From contig CAWKDB010000002.1 of assembly GCA_963848295.1 (NCBI GenBank), positions 1,024,001 through 1,088,000 of the forward strand: a stretch of DNA of 64,000 nt, read 5' to 3'. Positions within the stretch are counted from its first letter, which is position 1. Every line of letters starts with the position of its first letter. Both the position numbers and the translations under genes were made by a program. A model generated the notes under the pieces. The model worked only from the letters and a program-made list of their open reading frames with translations. It did not search any database and was not told where the DNA came from. Positions 50,339 through 62,452 of this stretch are shown in pieces. Source of the stretch: an uncultured delta proteobacterium (lineage in GTDB: Bacteria; Myxococcota_A; Polyangia; Haliangiales; Haliangiaceae).

Positions 50339-51049
50339 TTACGGCGTCGACAGCGCCATCACTTCTCGCACCTGCGAAGCGGTCACATCGCCGTTGCCGA
50401 ACGCGTCGTCGAGCATGCCCTGGCGGCTGCGCACGAGCTGGATCTGGATCGTGCAGCTCTGGGTGGTGCTCCCACTGAGCGCCTGGATCGTCCCGGCCGG
50501 AATCGTGAAGGAGCCGTTGTCGGGTGAGATCGGGCCGCTCTCGGTCGCGATGCAGGTGCCGAGCACTTCGTAGCTCAGCGGATCGGTCTCGCCGGATCCG
50601 GTCCACGTGATCGCGATCGGCGAAGACGCGCGCGAGTAGCTATCGGTCCCGCTAGTCTGCGATGTGATCTCCAGCTCCTCGGGCAACGTCGCGACGGTGT
50701 CCGGCGCGCTGATCTGGGGCGCGGCGCGCGTGTACGCGATCGTGACGACCGTGCCGCCGGTGGTCACCGCGAGCGTCCCTTGGTAGGCCGCGGCGTCGAG
50801 GAACGTCCCCGGCGTCATGTCATCCGAGAGCGCGCCGGCGGATGCGGTCAGCGCGTCCCCCGGCGATAGCTCGACGAAGTCATTCGATAGCACGCCGCCG
50901 ACGCGGAGCACGGTCGTCACCGTCGTGGCGCCAGAGCCATCGGCGTTGATCGTGTTGCTCGAGTACATGCCTTCGGTCGCGATGTCCTTGGACTGCGACG
51001 TCGTGCAGGCGGTCGCGATCGCGAGCGCGAATAAGGAAAGCTTGGTCAT
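50339..51049 (-). CDS. Putative lipoprotein (beta-rich)
   Basis: MTKLSLFALAIATAC lipobox. Confidence 0.7.
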   Translation of the reverse strand: MTKLSLFALAIATACTTSQSKDIATEGMYSSNTINADGSGATTVTTVLRVGGVLSNDFVELSPGDALTASAGALSDDMTPGTFLDAAAYQGTLAVTTGGTVVTIAYTRAAPQISAPDTVATLPEELEITSQTSGTDSYSRASSPIAITWTGSGETDPLSYEVLGTCIATESGPISPDNGSFTIPAGTIQALSGSTTQSCTIQIQLVRSRQGMLDDAFGNGDVTASQVREVMALSTP

Positions 51050-51159
51050 CGCATCGATCGTACTGTCGTTCGGGGCGCGACGGTGTGATCAACGTTGTGA
51101 GACACCGGTGAGAGTCGTGCCGGCTGGCGTGGCGGCTAGCGCAACAGTCGGCACGAGCT

Positions 51160-52869
51160 TCAATGAGCGCGCGCGGCCGGCGCCTTGCGCGCAGCTTCGG
51201 CGAGCAGCTCCGCCGCGTGGGCTCTCGCCTTCGACGTCGCGTTGCCACCTAGCATGCGCGCGAGCTCGTCTTTACGCGCCGCGCCCGTGAGCTGCCGCAC
51301 GTGGGTCTCGGTCCGGCCGCCGAGCTCGGTCTTCGACACGTGGAAGTGATGATCGGCGTACGCCGCGATCTGCGGTAGGTGGGTGACGCACAGCACTTGC
51401 CGGTGATCCGCGACCGCGCGGATCTGCGCGCCGACCACCTGCGCGGTCTGGCCGCCGATCCCCGCGTCGACCTCGTCGAACACGTAGGTCGCGACTTCAT
51501 CCGCGCTGCGCAGCGCGAGCTTGAGCGCGAGCATGATCCGTGACAGCTCGCCGCCCGACGCGATCTTCGCGAGCGGCCGAGCGTGCTCGCCTTTGTTCGA
51601 CGCGAGCATCACCTCGAGTCGATCGGCGCCGGCCGGACCGAGAGGCCGCGCCTCGATCGCGACCGCGAGCCGCGCCGCGCCCATCCCGAGCTCGGCGAGC
51701 GCGGCACCGACGTCCTTTTCGAGCGTGCGCGCGGCCTTGGTGCGGCCCTTCGTCAGGGTCGCAGCCGATGCGATCGCCGCCGCTTCGGCGCACACGCGTT
51801 CGGCGACGAGCGTCGCGAGCGCCGCGTCGCGGCCGGTGAGCATGCCGAGCTCGGCGCGCAGCTCGGCTGCCTTCGCGATCACCGCGTCGAGCGTGCCGCT
51901 GTGCTTGCGGACGAGCCGGCGCACCAACGCGATCCGTTCGTCGAGCCAGGCCAGCCGCTCCGGATCGCCTTCGAGCCGGTCGGCATAGCTGCCGAGCTCG
52001 CGCGCGGCATCCGCGATCAGCGTCTCGATCTCGCCGAGCTGGCGCACCACCGGCTCGAGCGTCGGATCCGTGCGCGCCGCGCGTTCCAGCTCGCGCGCAG
52101 CCGCGGCCACTCGATCACGAGCCGCATCGCGGTCGTCGCCTCCGTACAGAAACTGCTCGGCGGTGCGCGCGGCGCCTTGCAGCTGATCGACCGCCGCGAG
52201 TCGCGCGCGTTCGAGCTCGAGCGCCGAGTCTTCACCGGGTTGCAGCGCAGCCGCATCGAGCTCGTCGAGCTGAAATCGCAGGTAATCGACGCGCGCTTCG
52301 CGCTCGCGTTCATCGCCGCCGAGCGCACGCACCGCAGCGTCACAGCGACGCAGCTCGTCCCACGACGCGGTCATCGCCGCCACCGCGTCGCGGTCGCCCG
52401 CGAACGAGTCGAGGATCTCGAGGTGGCGAGCCGGATCGACGAGCCCTTGGTGTTGGTGCTGCCCCGAAAGATCGATGAGCAGCCCGCCGAGCTCGGCGAG
52501 CCGCGCCGCGGTGGTCAGCCCGCCGTTGACGTAGCAGCGACTGCGCCCACCGCGCTGGATGATCCGCCGGATGAACACGGTGAGGTCTCCTCCGGTCGTC
52601 GGCTCGCCCAACCCGGCATCGTCGAGCACCGAGCGCACCCGCGCGCGCAGGTCCGCCGGCACCTCGACGATCGCCTCGACGACCGCCTCGTCGGCTCCCG
52701 CGCGCGGGATATCGGCCGATGCTCGCCCGCCACGCAACAGATTCACCGCTTCCACGATCAGCGACTTGCCCGCGCCGGTCTCGCCGGTGAGCACGTTCAT
52801 ACCCGGGCCGAGCTCGAGCTCGACATCGGACAGGATCGCGAAGTTCGTCGCTCGCAGGTGGCGCAGCAC
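51160..52869 (-). CDS. recN: DNA repair protein RecN
   Basis: [42 protein letters not shown]. Confidence 0.96.
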   Translation of the reverse strand: MLRHLRATNFAILSDVELELGPGMNVLTGETGAGKSLIVEAVNLLRGGRASADIPRAGADEAVVEAIVEVPADLRARVRSVLDDAGLGEPTTGGDLTVFIRRIIQRGGRSRCYVNGGLTTAARLAELGGLLIDLSGQHQHQGLVDPARHLEILDSFAGDRDAVAAMTASWDELRRCDAAVRALGGDEREREARVDYLRFQLDELDAAALQPGEDSALELERARLAAVDQLQGAARTAEQFLYGGDDRDAARDRVAAAARELERAARTDPTLEPVVRQLGEIETLIADAARELGSYADRLEGDPERLAWLDERIALVRRLVRKHSGTLDAVIAKAAELRAELGMLTGRDAALATLVAERVCAEAAAIASAATLTKGRTKAARTLEKDVGAALAELGMGAARLAVAIEARPLGPAGADRLEVMLASNKGEHARPLAKIASGGELSRIMLALKLALRSADEVATYVFDEVDAGIGGQTAQVVGAQIRAVADHRQVLCVTHLPQIAAYADHHFHVSKTELGGRTETHVRQLTGAARKDELARMLGGNATSKARAHAAELLAEAARKAPAARAH

Positions 52870-52871
52870 GA

Positions 52872-53753
52872 TTACCGCCCTCGCCCGCCGCGCACGCCCC
52901 AGTGCAGCTTGTCGCGCATGACATCGAAGAAGCTCTGCGAAGAGGCGTAGAGCACGAGCGGCGTCTTGTCGGCGGTCAGCTCGACCGTGTCGCCCGGCGA
53001 GAACGCGTGCGCCCACTGGCCGTCGACCGTGAGGATCACGCCGTGCTCGTTGGCGGCGAGCTGGAGCCGCAGCTTCGCGGTCGCGCCGAGCACGAGCGGT
53101 CGGTTGGTCAACGCATGCGCGCAGATCGGCGTGAGCGTCATCGCCGCCTGGCCGGGCGCGACGATCGGGCCGCCCGCGGCCATGTTGTAGGCGGTCGATC
53201 CGGTCGGCGTCGCGACGATCAACCCGTCGGCGCGATAGGTCGCGACGAACGCACCGTCGCAATGCGCGTCGACCTCGACGAGTCGCGCCATCGCCCCTTG
53301 GTGCAGGACCGCGTCGTTGAGCGCGAGCTTCGTGACCGGCTCGGCGCCCGGGCGGTTGAACGTGACGCGCAGCCGCATCCGCTCGGCACGCGGCAGCTCT
53401 CCGGCGAGCGCCGCGGCGAGCGCGCGACTCGCATCGGCCGGGCCGAACATCGCGAGAAACCCGAGCTGGCCGAGGTTGATGCCGAGCACCGGCGTGCCGT
53501 GGTGAGCGACGAGTCGCGCCGCGCGCAAGATCGTGCCGTCGCCGCCGAGCACCACGGCCAGATCGATGCGCTCGCCGAGCTGGTCCTCGGGCACGACCTC
53601 GACGCCCGCGGGCGCTCGAAAATCTGCGATGTCTTCGGTGGTCACGACCGCGCTATGGCCGTGGGCGATCACCAACGGGACGAGCTCGTGGAGCAAGACG
53701 CCGGCCTCTGACTTGTCCGGCTTGACGATGAAACCGACTCGCGACACCCGCAT
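52872..53753 (-). CDS. nadK: NAD(+) kinase
   Basis: GGDGT, NLGQLGFL, ADGLIVATPTGSTAY..AGGP; upstream of recN. Confidence 0.96.
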   Translation of the reverse strand: MRVSRVGFIVKPDKSEAGVLLHELVPLVIAHGHSAVVTTEDIADFRAPAGVEVVPEDQLGERIDLAVVLGGDGTILRAARLVAHHGTPVLGINLGQLGFLAMFGPADASRALAAALAGELPRAERMRLRVTFNRPGAEPVTKLALNDAVLHQGAMARLVEVDAHCDGAFVATYRADGLIVATPTGSTAYNMAAGGPIVAPGQAAMTLTPICAHALTNRPLVLGATAKLRLQLAANEHGVILTVDGQWAHAFSPGDTVELTADKTPLVLYASSQSFFDVMRDKLHWGVRGGRGR

Positions 53754-53936
53754 GGAGTAGCACGACGCTATGACACTGAACTATCGAGCAGGTCTCGCGA
53801 TTCGCCGATATGACCTGGGTTCCTGGAGATCGGGCTCCGGGAGATCGACGGGAGATCGGGTATAAGGACCGCGCCGCACCCCTCGGCCCGGGGAGCCAGC
53901 TGTGCGTTCGGCTGTCCGGCGTAGCCCCGAGGCTGC

Positions 53937-53965
53937 TTGACTTAAGTTTCCGGCTCTTGTAGACG
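53937..53965 (+). promoter_or_regulatory. Sigma70-type promoter of rplM-rpsI
   Basis: TTGACT-N17-TAGACG. Confidence 0.6.
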
Positions 53966-53998
53966 ATCGACCTCCGCTTCCAGGATTGCGATGTTCCC

Positions 53999-54457
53999 AT
54001 GATGACTTCCACGACACAGAAGACGTTCTGGCTCACCAAAGAAGCCGGCGAGCACCAGCGCGAGTGGTACGTGGTCGATGCCACCGGACACACGCTGGGC
54101 CGCCTCGCCTCGAAGATCGCGATGGTCCTTCGCGGCAAGCACAAGGTGTCGTACACGCCGAACGTCGACATGGGGGACTTCGTGATCGTGCTCAACGCGG
54201 GCGGCGTGAAGCTGACCGGGACGAAGCCGGACAAGAAGCTCTATCAGCGTCACACGCTGTACCCGGGCGGGATCAGGACGCGCGTCGCGAAGGAAGTCCT
54301 CGCGACCACGCCCGAGCACGCGATCCGCGAGGCGGTGTGGGGGATGCTGCCGAAGGGCATGCTCGGCCGTCGGATTCTCAAGAAGCTGAAGATCTATCGC
54401 ACCGACAAGCACGACCATGCGGCGCAGCAGCCGCGCGTGCTCGAGGTCAGGAACTAA
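53999..54457 (+). CDS. rplM: 50S ribosomal protein L13
   Basis: [32 protein letters not shown]. Confidence 0.98.
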   Translation: MMTSTTQKTFWLTKEAGEHQREWYVVDATGHTLGRLASKIAMVLRGKHKVSYTPNVDMGDFVIVLNAGGVKLTGTKPDKKLYQRHTLYPGGIRTRVAKEVLATTPEHAIREAVWGMLPKGMLGRRILKKLKIYRTDKHDHAAQQPRVLEVRN

Positions 54458-54458
54458 G

Positions 54459-54854
54459 ATGACCACCGCGCAGAAGACGTATTCCACCGGCCGCCGCAAG
54501 ACGGCGATCGCTCGCGTCTGGCTCACGACCGGCGAGGGCAAGTTCACGATCAACGACCGCAGCGACGAGGATTACTTCTCGCGCCCGACCGCCCGTATGG
54601 TGATCCGCCAGGCGCTCGAAGAGGTCGCGTTGATCGGGTCGTACGACATCGTCGCGACCGTCAAGGGCGGCGGCATCGCGTCGCAGGCCGGCGCGATCCG
54701 TCACGGCATCACGCGCGCCTTGATGAAGGTCGACGGCGAGCTTCGCCCGAAGCTCAAGGCCGCCGGCTACGTCACGCGCGACCCGCGCAAGAAAGAGCGC
54801 AAGAAGTACGGCCAGAAGGCCGCGCGCGCTCGGTTCCAGTTCAGCAAGCGCTAG
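54459..54854 (+). CDS. rpsI: 30S ribosomal protein S9
   Basis: [32 protein letters not shown]. Confidence 0.98.
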   Translation: MTTAQKTYSTGRRKTAIARVWLTTGEGKFTINDRSDEDYFSRPTARMVIRQALEEVALIGSYDIVATVKGGGIASQAGAIRHGITRALMKVDGELRPKLKAAGYVTRDPRKKERKKYGQKAARARFQFSKR

Positions 54855-54877
54855 AGCAGGCAACCGTTTGTCGGTCT

Positions 54878-54908
54878 CGGCCGTCGTTCGCGACGGCCGT
54901 CGCGTTTT
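54878..54908 (+). terminator. Hairpin / terminator after rpsI
   Basis: cggccgtcg-ttcg-cgacggccg then tcgcgtttt. Confidence 0.6.
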
Positions 54909-54933
54909 CGGCTTCATGGTGTACGGTCGCCGC

Positions 54934-56454
54934 ATGAAGCTCGCGACGGTGGTGATGGCAGTCGTAGTCAGCTCGGCCGCCGCCGCCGGCACGCCGAAGC
55001 CGAAGACCGCGCGCCCCGCCGCCTTGTTCGCGGTCGTCACCCGCGACGCTCCGCGTGCGTTCGACGGGCTGCACGCGTTCGGCGCCGCCGCGCTCCCCGC
55101 CGGCGCGATTCCGGACGACCTCGACGGCACGATGCTGCACGCGATCGAGAACATCGTAGGCGCGCCGGACCGTGCGATCGATCCGACCGGGCCGATCTAC
55201 GTGCTGATGGTCGACGACGCCCACGCGAGCGGCCTCGTGCTCGTCGGCCGCTCCGGCGAGCCCGCGATCGCGCCCGGCGGGGTCTCGATCAAGCGCAAGC
55301 ACGGTTGGTCCGCGATCGGGGTCAAGCCCGCGCTCGATGCGGTCGCCGACTACGCGTTGTCGACGATGATCGCGAAGGCGCCGCCGCCCGGGCTGACCGC
55401 GAGGATCTACGTCCCCGGCCTGCTCGCCCGGTTCAAGGACGACATCGCGGATGCCCGCGCGGCGATGCTCGGCACGCTCGGCTCGACCGCGGGCGCCGGG
55501 ATGAGCGACGTGTTCGCGTCGTACGTCGACGGCATGTTGTCGGTCGCGACCGATCTCGACGAGGTGCAGATCACGATCGACGGCGATGCCGCGAACCTGA
55601 CGCTCGATACGAAGCTCGCGGCGCGCCCCGGCAGCCGGTTCGCGCGGTTCATCTCGGCGCAACGCCCGAGCGACTTCTCGCTGCTGTCCAAGCTCCCCGA
55701 CCTCGGGGCCTTCGAGGTCGCCGGCAGCGCGACGCTCGGCCCGTATCACGATGGCTGGCTCGCGTTGACGTCGCAGATGTTCGGAGTCGCCGCGAATGGA
55801 CCCTTGCTGAGCGCGTTCGACGCGGCGCTCAAGGCGTCGAACGGGGACTTCGCGATCGCGACGACGTTCGGCGCGGGCGTCGCGAGCACGTTCGTGTTCG
55901 GCGCTGCGGATGCACGGGCGCTCGACGGCGCGCTCGGCCGCGCGATCGCGCTGTTCGCCAGCGGGCTCGACCTCCACCTCGCCGGCTTTCCGATCCGCTA
56001 CAAGCCTGCGGTTGCCGCGACCGTCGATGGCGTCGCGCTGCACGGGCTCGACGGCACGATCGACACGTCGAAGACCACGCCGCAGATGAAGGCGGCGCTC
56101 GCGCTGACCATGCCGGACGGGGTTCAGAACGTCGAGGTCGCGCAGGTCGGCGGGCTCGCGATCGTGAGCTCCGGCCCGCCGAGCATCCTCGCCGCGGCGA
56201 AGCGGTTCATCGCGATCGCGCACGGCACCGCGAGCGGACCCTTGCTACCGCCGGCGCTCGTCCAGCTCGTCACGATGGCGCGCGAGCATCGCGACAGCTT
56301 GCTCGTGCTGGTCGATCTCGGCACCGTGCTCGCCGCACAGCTCCATCGCCAACCCTCGCCGGCGCCGTTCGCGATCTCGATCGGCTTCGATCGCGATGCG
56401 CACGTCCACATCGCCGTCCCGACCGCGACCGTGCACTCGGTCGTCCGGCCCTAA
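54934..56454 (+). CDS. Secreted hypothetical protein
   Basis: Signal peptide [24 protein letters not shown] 6 nt before ATG. Confidence 0.7.
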   Translation: MKLATVVMAVVVSSAAAAGTPKPKTARPAALFAVVTRDAPRAFDGLHAFGAAALPAGAIPDDLDGTMLHAIENIVGAPDRAIDPTGPIYVLMVDDAHASGLVLVGRSGEPAIAPGGVSIKRKHGWSAIGVKPALDAVADYALSTMIAKAPPPGLTARIYVPGLLARFKDDIADARAAMLGTLGSTAGAGMSDVFASYVDGMLSVATDLDEVQITIDGDAANLTLDTKLAARPGSRFARFISAQRPSDFSLLSKLPDLGAFEVAGSATLGPYHDGWLALTSQMFGVAANGPLLSAFDAALKASNGDFAIATTFGAGVASTFVFGAADARALDGALGRAIALFASGLDLHLAGFPIRYKPAVAATVDGVALHGLDGTIDTSKTTPQMKAALALTMPDGVQNVEVAQVGGLAIVSSGPPSILAAAKRFIAIAHGTASGPLLPPALVQLVTMAREHRDSLLVLVDLGTVLAAQLHRQPSPAPFAISIGFDRDAHVHIAVPTATVHSVVRP

Positions 56455-56460
56455 CCGCTC

Positions 56461-57909
56461 GTGCGATTCCGCGCGCCGATCCTCGTCAAGCTCCTGGCCG
56501 CGCTGGTCGTGCCGGTCGTCGCGCTGTTCGCGCTGTTCGCGATCGTCGCGTTCGAGGTGTCGCGCCGCGACCTCGACGACGAGCTCGGCCGCCGGCTCGA
56601 GGCGATCGCATCCGCGGCATCGACCCAGGTCCGCGACGGCCATTACCTCGCGGCGATCGGGCCTCGCGACGCGTCCGAACCGCTGTATCAGGCCGTCGTC
56701 GCACGGCTCACGACGCTCGCGCACAAGACCGATGCCCGGTTGATCGTGCTCGACGGCAACTTCGACGCGCGCATCGACACCGATCCCAAAGGTCTCACCT
56801 TCGGAGCCCACTACTTCCACGCCGAGCTCGATCGGGCAGAGATCCGGCGTGTGCTCGACAAGGGCGCGGTCGTCTCGTCGGTGACGTTCCAGGACAACGG
56901 CGGCACCTGGTACAAGACCGGCTACGCACCGATCGCCGAGTCACCGACCGACGCCAAACCGGTGCTCGCGATCGCGGCGCAGGCGCCGGCATCGTACTTC
57001 GATCGGCTGAGCGATCTCCGGGGCAGGCTCGTCCGGTGGGGCGCCGGGCTCGCGCTCGTCAGCGTGCTCGCCGCCGTGCTCGCGACGCTGTTGATCACGC
57101 GCAACGTACGCCGGCTCGCCGCGGCGGCCGAACGGATCGGCGGTGGCGACCTGCACGAACCGATCGCGGTGCGCTCGCGCGACGAGCTCGGCACGCTCGC
57201 GGGCGCGATGGATCGGATGCGCGTCCAGCTCGCCGAGCGCGATGCGAAGATGCAGCAGATGCTCGCCGGCATCGCGCACGAGGTCCGCAACCCGCTCGCC
57301 GGCATGACGCTGTTCGCGGGCCTGTTGCGCGACGACCTACCCGAAGGCGACGAGAAGCGCGGTCACGTGCTGCGCATCCAGCGCGAGCTCGGCTACCTCG
57401 AGCGCGTCGTCAACGAGTTCCTCGACTACGCGCGCCGGCCCAAGCCCGAGCTCGCCGACGTCGACCTCGGCGAGCTCCTCGACGAGATCGCGCAGCTCGC
57501 GCCGAGCGCCGCACCGGCCGATCTCGCCGAGCCGATCGAGGTTGCGGTGACACCGACGCGAGAGCACGCGTTCGCCGATCGCGGCCAATTGCGCCGCGCC
57601 GTGCTGAACCTCGCGCGCAACGCGGTCCAGGCCGCGGCGGCGGCCGATCATCACGGCAAGGGCGCCGTGCGGCTGTCGGTGACCAAACGCGACGGCGAGC
57701 TTCACCTCGACGTCTGGAACCGCGGAGCCGAGATCCGGCCGGAGACCAGCGGCAAGCTGTTCGAGCCGTTCTTCACGACTCGCGAGCAAGGTACCGGCTT
57801 GGGCCTCGCGTTCGTCCGGGACATCGCGCGCGATCACGGCGGCCGCGTCGAGGTCGACAGCAAGGACGGCGAGACCACGTTTACCGTGATCCTGCCGACG
57901 ATCACGTAG
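56461..57909 (+). CDS. HAMP-containing sensor histidine kinase
   Basis: Two TM helices, HAMP (RDELGTLA), [21 protein letters not shown]. Confidence 0.93.
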   Translation: MRFRAPILVKLLAALVVPVVALFALFAIVAFEVSRRDLDDELGRRLEAIASAASTQVRDGHYLAAIGPRDASEPLYQAVVARLTTLAHKTDARLIVLDGNFDARIDTDPKGLTFGAHYFHAELDRAEIRRVLDKGAVVSSVTFQDNGGTWYKTGYAPIAESPTDAKPVLAIAAQAPASYFDRLSDLRGRLVRWGAGLALVSVLAAVLATLLITRNVRRLAAAAERIGGGDLHEPIAVRSRDELGTLAGAMDRMRVQLAERDAKMQQMLAGIAHEVRNPLAGMTLFAGLLRDDLPEGDEKRGHVLRIQRELGYLERVVNEFLDYARRPKPELADVDLGELLDEIAQLAPSAAPADLAEPIEVAVTPTREHAFADRGQLRRAVLNLARNAVQAAAAADHHGKGAVRLSVTKRDGELHLDVWNRGAEIRPETSGKLFEPFFTTREQGTGLGLAFVRDIARDHGGRVEVDSKDGETTFTVILPTIT

Positions 57910-57947
57910 CCGGGATGGCGAACGTGTACCATCCGGGTCGAACCGCC

Positions 57948-59318
57948 ATGGCGACGATCCTGATCATCGACGACAACGAGACGATCCGCGAAGGCCTCGC
58001 CGCGACGGTCAAGAAGCTCGGCCATGCTCCGGTGATGGCGAAGAGCGGGACCGCCGGCATCGCCGCGTTCAAGGCGCAGCGCGCGGACTTCGTGATCACC
58101 GACCTCAAGATGGATGGCACGACCGGCGTCGACGTGCTGCGCGCGATCGCGGCGCTCGATCCCGACGTGCCGATCATGCTGATCACCGGGTTCGGCACGG
58201 TCGAGACCGCGGTCGAGGCGATGAAGCTCGGCGCGTTCGACTTCCTGACCAAGCCGATCCAACCCGAGGTCGTGCGGCTCAAGGTCGAGCGCGCGCTCGA
58301 GCTCGGCGAGGCGCGGCGCGGCCGGCGCAAGGCCGACGCGATGACCGATTATCTCCGGGCCGAGACCGACGACAAGTTCGCCGAGCTCGTCGGAGGCGGC
58401 GAGAAGATGGCGGTCGTTCGCCGGACGGTCGAGAAGGTCGCCGCGAGCGACACCACGGTGTTCATCGCGGGCGAGAGCGGCACGGGCAAGGAGCTGGTCG
58501 CGAGGGCGATCCACCGGCTGTCGAAGCGCGCGAGCGGACCGTTCGTCAAGGTCAACTGCGGCGCGTTGATCGAGACGCTGCTCGAGAGCGAGCTGTTCGG
58601 TCACGAGAAGGGCTCGTTCACCGGCGCGGTCAAGCAGAAGCTCGGCCGGTTCGAGCTCGCGGACGGCGGGACGCTATTCCTCGACGAGGTCGGCGACGTG
58701 CCGCCCGCGATGCAAGTGAAGCTGCTGCGCGCGTTGCAGGAGCAAGAGTTCGAGCGCGTCGGCGGCGAAGCGCCGATCAAGGTCGACGTCCGCGTGTTGT
58801 CGGCGACGAACAAGGATCTCGACGCCGAGGTCGCGGCGGGCCGGTTTCGCCAGGACCTGTACTTCCGGCTCGTCGTGCTGCCGGTCAAGCTGCCGCCGCT
58901 GCGCGAGCGCCGCGAAGACATCCCGCTGCTCGCACAGCACTTCGTCGCGAAGCTCGCGGCGAAGGCGAACCCGCGCGTGCGCACGATCAGCGACGCGGCG
59001 CTGGGCCGGATCATCGCTTACAACTGGCCGGGGAACGTTCGCGAGCTCGAGAACGCGATCGAGCAGGCGCTGGTGTTCGCCGAGGGCGACGAGATCACCC
59101 CGGTCGCGTTACCCGCCTTCTTGCAAGGCGGGGGTGAGGACGACCGGCTCGAAGTACCTCGCGAGATGTCGCTGCCCGAGATCCTCGACGATCTCGAGCG
59201 CCAGCTGATCCTCAAGGCCTACGCGAAAGCCGACCGGGTCAAGACCGAGACCGCGCGCCTGCTCGGGATCAAGACGTCGGCGCTGTACTACAAGCTCGAG
59301 AAGTACGGCATCGAGTAG
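57948..59318 (+). CDS. Sigma54-dependent NtrC/AtoC-family response regulator
   Basis: Receiver (IIDD, TDLKM), [28 protein letters not shown], Fis-type HTH. Confidence 0.95.
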   Translation: MATILIIDDNETIREGLAATVKKLGHAPVMAKSGTAGIAAFKAQRADFVITDLKMDGTTGVDVLRAIAALDPDVPIMLITGFGTVETAVEAMKLGAFDFLTKPIQPEVVRLKVERALELGEARRGRRKADAMTDYLRAETDDKFAELVGGGEKMAVVRRTVEKVAASDTTVFIAGESGTGKELVARAIHRLSKRASGPFVKVNCGALIETLLESELFGHEKGSFTGAVKQKLGRFELADGGTLFLDEVGDVPPAMQVKLLRALQEQEFERVGGEAPIKVDVRVLSATNKDLDAEVAAGRFRQDLYFRLVVLPVKLPPLRERREDIPLLAQHFVAKLAAKANPRVRTISDAALGRIIAYNWPGNVRELENAIEQALVFAEGDEITPVALPAFLQGGGEDDRLEVPREMSLPEILDDLERQLILKAYAKADRVKTETARLLGIKTSALYYKLEKYGIE

Positions 59319-59319
59319 G

Positions 59320-59640
59320 ATGCCGGCCGCGCGTTCAGACCGCCGGCTTGTCCGCGTGCTCAAGGCGCTCGCCGATGCGAATCGGTTCCGCATGGTCCAG
59401 GAGATCGCCGCGGCGGGCGAGCTGTGCTGCACCGAGGTCGCGGCGAAGTTTTCGCTGGCGCAGCCGACGGTGTCGCATCATCTGGCGATCCTGCGGGCCG
59501 CGGGTGTCGTGAAGTTCCGCGCGCTAGGCCGGCACAACATGCTCTCGGTCGATCACGAGCTGCTCGCGCACGTCGTCGCCGCGCTGCCGGTGCGCATCGC
59601 CGAGCCGAAGCGCAGGCGCTCGACAAGTCGCGCCGTCTGA
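59320..59640 (+). CDS. ArsR/SmtB family transcriptional regulator
   Basis: LKALADANR..ELCC..QPTVSHHLAILRAAG. Confidence 0.9.
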   Translation: MPAARSDRRLVRVLKALADANRFRMVQEIAAAGELCCTEVAAKFSLAQPTVSHHLAILRAAGVVKFRALGRHNMLSVDHELLAHVVAALPVRIAEPKRRRSTSRAV

Positions 59641-59682
59641 CGTATTCAAGTTCTTCGATATCACCAAGACGGAGGCACCGCG

Positions 59683-60309
59683 ATGACCGCTGGAAGCTAC
59701 ACGCTCTATTACTCGCCGGGCGCATGCTCGATCTCCCCGAACGTCGCGCTGCGCGAGGCCGGGCTGCCGTTCGAGCTCGTGAAGGTCGATCTCCGCGCGA
59801 AGAAGCTCGCCGACGGTAGCGACTATCTCGCGATCAGCCCGAAGGGCTACGTGCCGACGCTGCGCTTGCCCGACGGCGAGATCCTGACCGAGGGCGCGGT
59901 GATGGTGCAGTACATCGCCGATCGCGCCCCGGACGCGAAGCTCGCGCCTGTCGCCGGGACGATGGCGCGTTATCGCCTCCAGGAGTGGTTGAACTTCATC
60001 GCGACCGAGCTCCACAAGGGGCTGTCGCCGTTCTTCAACGCGCTCGCGGGCGACGAGTACAAGGCGCAGTGCAAGCAGCGCTACGCGTTGCGGCTCGGGG
60101 TGCTCGCTGCCGGCCTGAAGGGCAAGCCGTGGCTCATGGGCGACCAGTTCTCGATCGCCGATGGCTACGCCCTGTACGTGCTGCGCATGTGGCAGCACGC
60201 GGTGAAAGAGTCGCTCGCGCCGTGGCCGGAGCTCGTCGCCCATTACGCGCGCCTGACCGCACGACCCTCGGTCGTAGCGGCGCTAGCCGCCGAGGGCATC
60301 TCGGCCTGA
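59683..60309 (+). CDS. gstA: Glutathione S-transferase (beta class)
   Basis: LYYSPGACS, PKGYVP, LTEG, WLNFIATELHK, FSIADGY. Confidence 0.92.
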   Translation: MTAGSYTLYYSPGACSISPNVALREAGLPFELVKVDLRAKKLADGSDYLAISPKGYVPTLRLPDGEILTEGAVMVQYIADRAPDAKLAPVAGTMARYRLQEWLNFIATELHKGLSPFFNALAGDEYKAQCKQRYALRLGVLAAGLKGKPWLMGDQFSIADGYALYVLRMWQHAVKESLAPWPELVAHYARLTARPSVVAALAAEGISA

Positions 60310-60319
60310 CTCGCCGAGC

Positions 60320-60676
60320 TTACGGCGTGGCCGGAGCGGCGGGAGCGGGAGCAGCGCCATCGGCCGGCTTTTCCGCGTCCCGGAGCTTGTTGCGGCACGC
60401 GCGCATGTCTTTATCGAGCGCGTCGAGCTTCTCGATCTTCTCCGCGTTGCCCTTGTCGTCCGCCATCTTCTTCGCCTCTTCCGGGGTGAAGGAGGCCTCC
60501 ATCGATTTCTCGTAGGCGCGCGCGTCTTCCTTGACCTTGTCGGCGCACTTCATGTCCTTGCACTCACACATGGCCTTCTTGAAGCCTTCGCTCTTCGAGA
60601 TCGCCTCGTCGAGCTTGCTCTTGCTGCAACCCGAGAGCGCCACGAACATTCCTGCCAACAATGCGAGCTTTTTCAT
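60320..60676 (-). CDS. Small Cys-containing lipoprotein
   Basis: LSGC lipobox; MCECKDMKCADKV. Confidence 0.75.
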   Translation of the reverse strand: MKKLALLAGMFVALSGCSKSKLDEAISKSEGFKKAMCECKDMKCADKVKEDARAYEKSMEASFTPEEAKKMADDKGNAEKIEKLDALDKDMRACRNKLRDAEKPADGAAPAPAAPATP

Positions 60677-60717
60677 GGCGGCCATCCTCGGTGATCGCGC
60701 GTCGCGAAAGCAAGCGC

Positions 60718-61653
60718 CTACTTCAAAAATGGCGGCTGCGCCGTCGGCGCCGGCTGGCCGAACCGCGACCGAGTCCAGGTCAGAAACTCGTCCCCGGGCC
60801 GCTCGAGCGCGGCCCGGCAGATCTCGGCAACGTGGGCGGGGAAGTCGCGCTCGATGACCCAGCGCAGGAAGCTGCGGTCCGGTCCGGCAGCGAGCTCGTG
60901 GACCGCAGCGCCGGCATACTTGCCGAATCCTAGGACGACGACTCCGTCGGACCAGCGCAGGTGGCGCGATGGTCCGACCCAGCTGGTTCCCCATAGTTCT
61001 TGCTTGGGATCGCAGACCGTCGCGATCTGCGACCAATCGCGATCGTCGAGCTTGAACGCGCGCAGCATGCCGGCGAGGACGCGTCCTGTTGCCGCGACGT
61101 CAGCAGTCGCGCTATGAGCTGCGGCGAATTCGTCACCGACGAACCGGCGATGCGCGTGCTGCAGGCTGCGCGGCTCGCACTGCTGCCACAGCCGGAACGG
61201 GTCGACGATCCGCTTGCCGCTCAGGTCGAGCAGTGGCCGGCCTAGCCGCGCGTACTCGGCCTGCAGCATGTCGATGTCGAACGACAGGTTGTAGCCGACG
61301 ATGACCTCCGCCTCGGCGAAGACCTGGGCGATCTCGTCGGCGTACTCGCCAAAGGCCGGACAGCCCTCGAGCTCTTCGACGGAGATGCCGTGCACCGCCT
61401 GAGCCGCCGGGTTGATCGGGACCGCCGGCTTGATCCGCCAGGTTCGCCGCGTCGCCGGGTCCTCGTCGTCGAGCCCGAACTGGACGCAGAGCTCGATGAT
61501 CTGGTCCTTCGCGAAGTCGATACCGGTCGTCTCGGAGTCGAACACGATGATCCGCTGCGCGGCTACGGCCGGAACCGAGACCAGCGTCAGGCGTGGCTGC
61601 TCCTGCGCCGGCGGCGCCGGGCGCCAATCGAACAGCGAGAGAGTGCCTTCCAC
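60718..61653 (-). CDS. DnaQ-like DEDDh 3'-5' exonuclease
   Basis: FDSETTG, GYNLSFD, HSATAD; C-terminal FGKYAG. Confidence 0.88.
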   Translation of the reverse strand: MEGTLSLFDWRPAPPAQEQPRLTLVSVPAVAAQRIIVFDSETTGIDFAKDQIIELCVQFGLDDEDPATRRTWRIKPAVPINPAAQAVHGISVEELEGCPAFGEYADEIAQVFAEAEVIVGYNLSFDIDMLQAEYARLGRPLLDLSGKRIVDPFRLWQQCEPRSLQHAHRRFVGDEFAAAHSATADVAATGRVLAGMLRAFKLDDRDWSQIATVCDPKQELWGTSWVGPSRHLRWSDGVVVLGFGKYAGAAVHELAAGPDRSFLRWVIERDFPAHVAEICRAALERPGDEFLTWTRSRFGQPAPTAQPPFLK

Positions 61654-61738
61654 CTCGCTACCGTACGGGGTCGGTCTGACGCCGGGCAGCGAGAGGGATC
61701 GACAAGTCCGCAAGCGATCGAATACCTTACGTTTCCGT

Positions 61739-62398
61739 ATGCGCGACATCGCCCGCCGAGGCACCGCTATCTGGTCCGTGATCGCCGTTACCGCCCTCGC
61801 CTCGTGCAGCAGCTGCCGGGTCAAGGAGCCGCCGCCGATCACCGGGCGCTGGATCGACGAGTTCGCGCGCGACTCGCCCGGCGACAACTACAACGCGACC
61901 GGCCCCGGCTACGCGGTCAGCAACGGCGCGCTGTCCGCGCACGGCGCCCACAACCACCCGCTGTGGCTGCGCAAGAAGCTGCCCCACGACGTGCGCATCG
62001 AGTTCGACTGCTGGTCGACCGAGAAGCGCGGCGACATCAAGGTCGAGGTGTTCGGCGACGGCAAGTCGTTCGACCCCGACGGCGGGCGCTACACCGCGGT
62101 CGGCTACGAGGTGATCTTCGGGGGCTGGTACAACGCGAAGTCGATCATCGCGAGGCTCGACGAGCACGGCAAGGACGTCGTCGAGCGCACGCTGCCGAAG
62201 GTCGTGCCGAACCAGCACTACCACTGGAAGATCGAGCGCATCGGCAAGAAGCTCACGTGGTGGATCGACGACATGACGACGCCGTTCCTGGTCTACGACG
62301 ACCCGCGTCCGCTCGAGGGCAACGGCCACGAGTACTTCGCGTTCAATAACTGGGAGACCGATACCTGGTTCAAGAACCTGGTCATCACGCCGCTCTGA
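61739..62398 (+). CDS. Exported concanavalin-A-like beta-sandwich protein
   Basis: Signal/lipobox-like N-terminus; IEFDCWS..GDIKVE..FGGWYN..FNNWETDTWFKNLVITP. Confidence 0.65.
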   Translation: MRDIARRGTAIWSVIAVTALASCSSCRVKEPPPITGRWIDEFARDSPGDNYNATGPGYAVSNGALSAHGAHNHPLWLRKKLPHDVRIEFDCWSTEKRGDIKVEVFGDGKSFDPDGGRYTAVGYEVIFGGWYNAKSIIARLDEHGKDVVERTLPKVVPNQHYHWKIERIGKKLTWWIDDMTTPFLVYDDPRPLEGNGHEYFAFNNWETDTWFKNLVITPL

Positions 62399-62452
62399 GC
62401 TCTGGGCGGTGCCCGAGCATCGGGTCTCGGCTACAATGCCCCGGACAACGGG

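Noticed and set aside
53760..53998. tRNA, ncRNA or riboswitch upstream of rplM (three ggagatcg repeats)
   Set aside because: No cloverleaf or recognisable RNA motif; the repeats are short and could be chance.
55305..59318. 1337-aa giant response regulator ORF
   Set aside because: The upstream part is an alternative frame over two real genes; the regulator starts at 57948.
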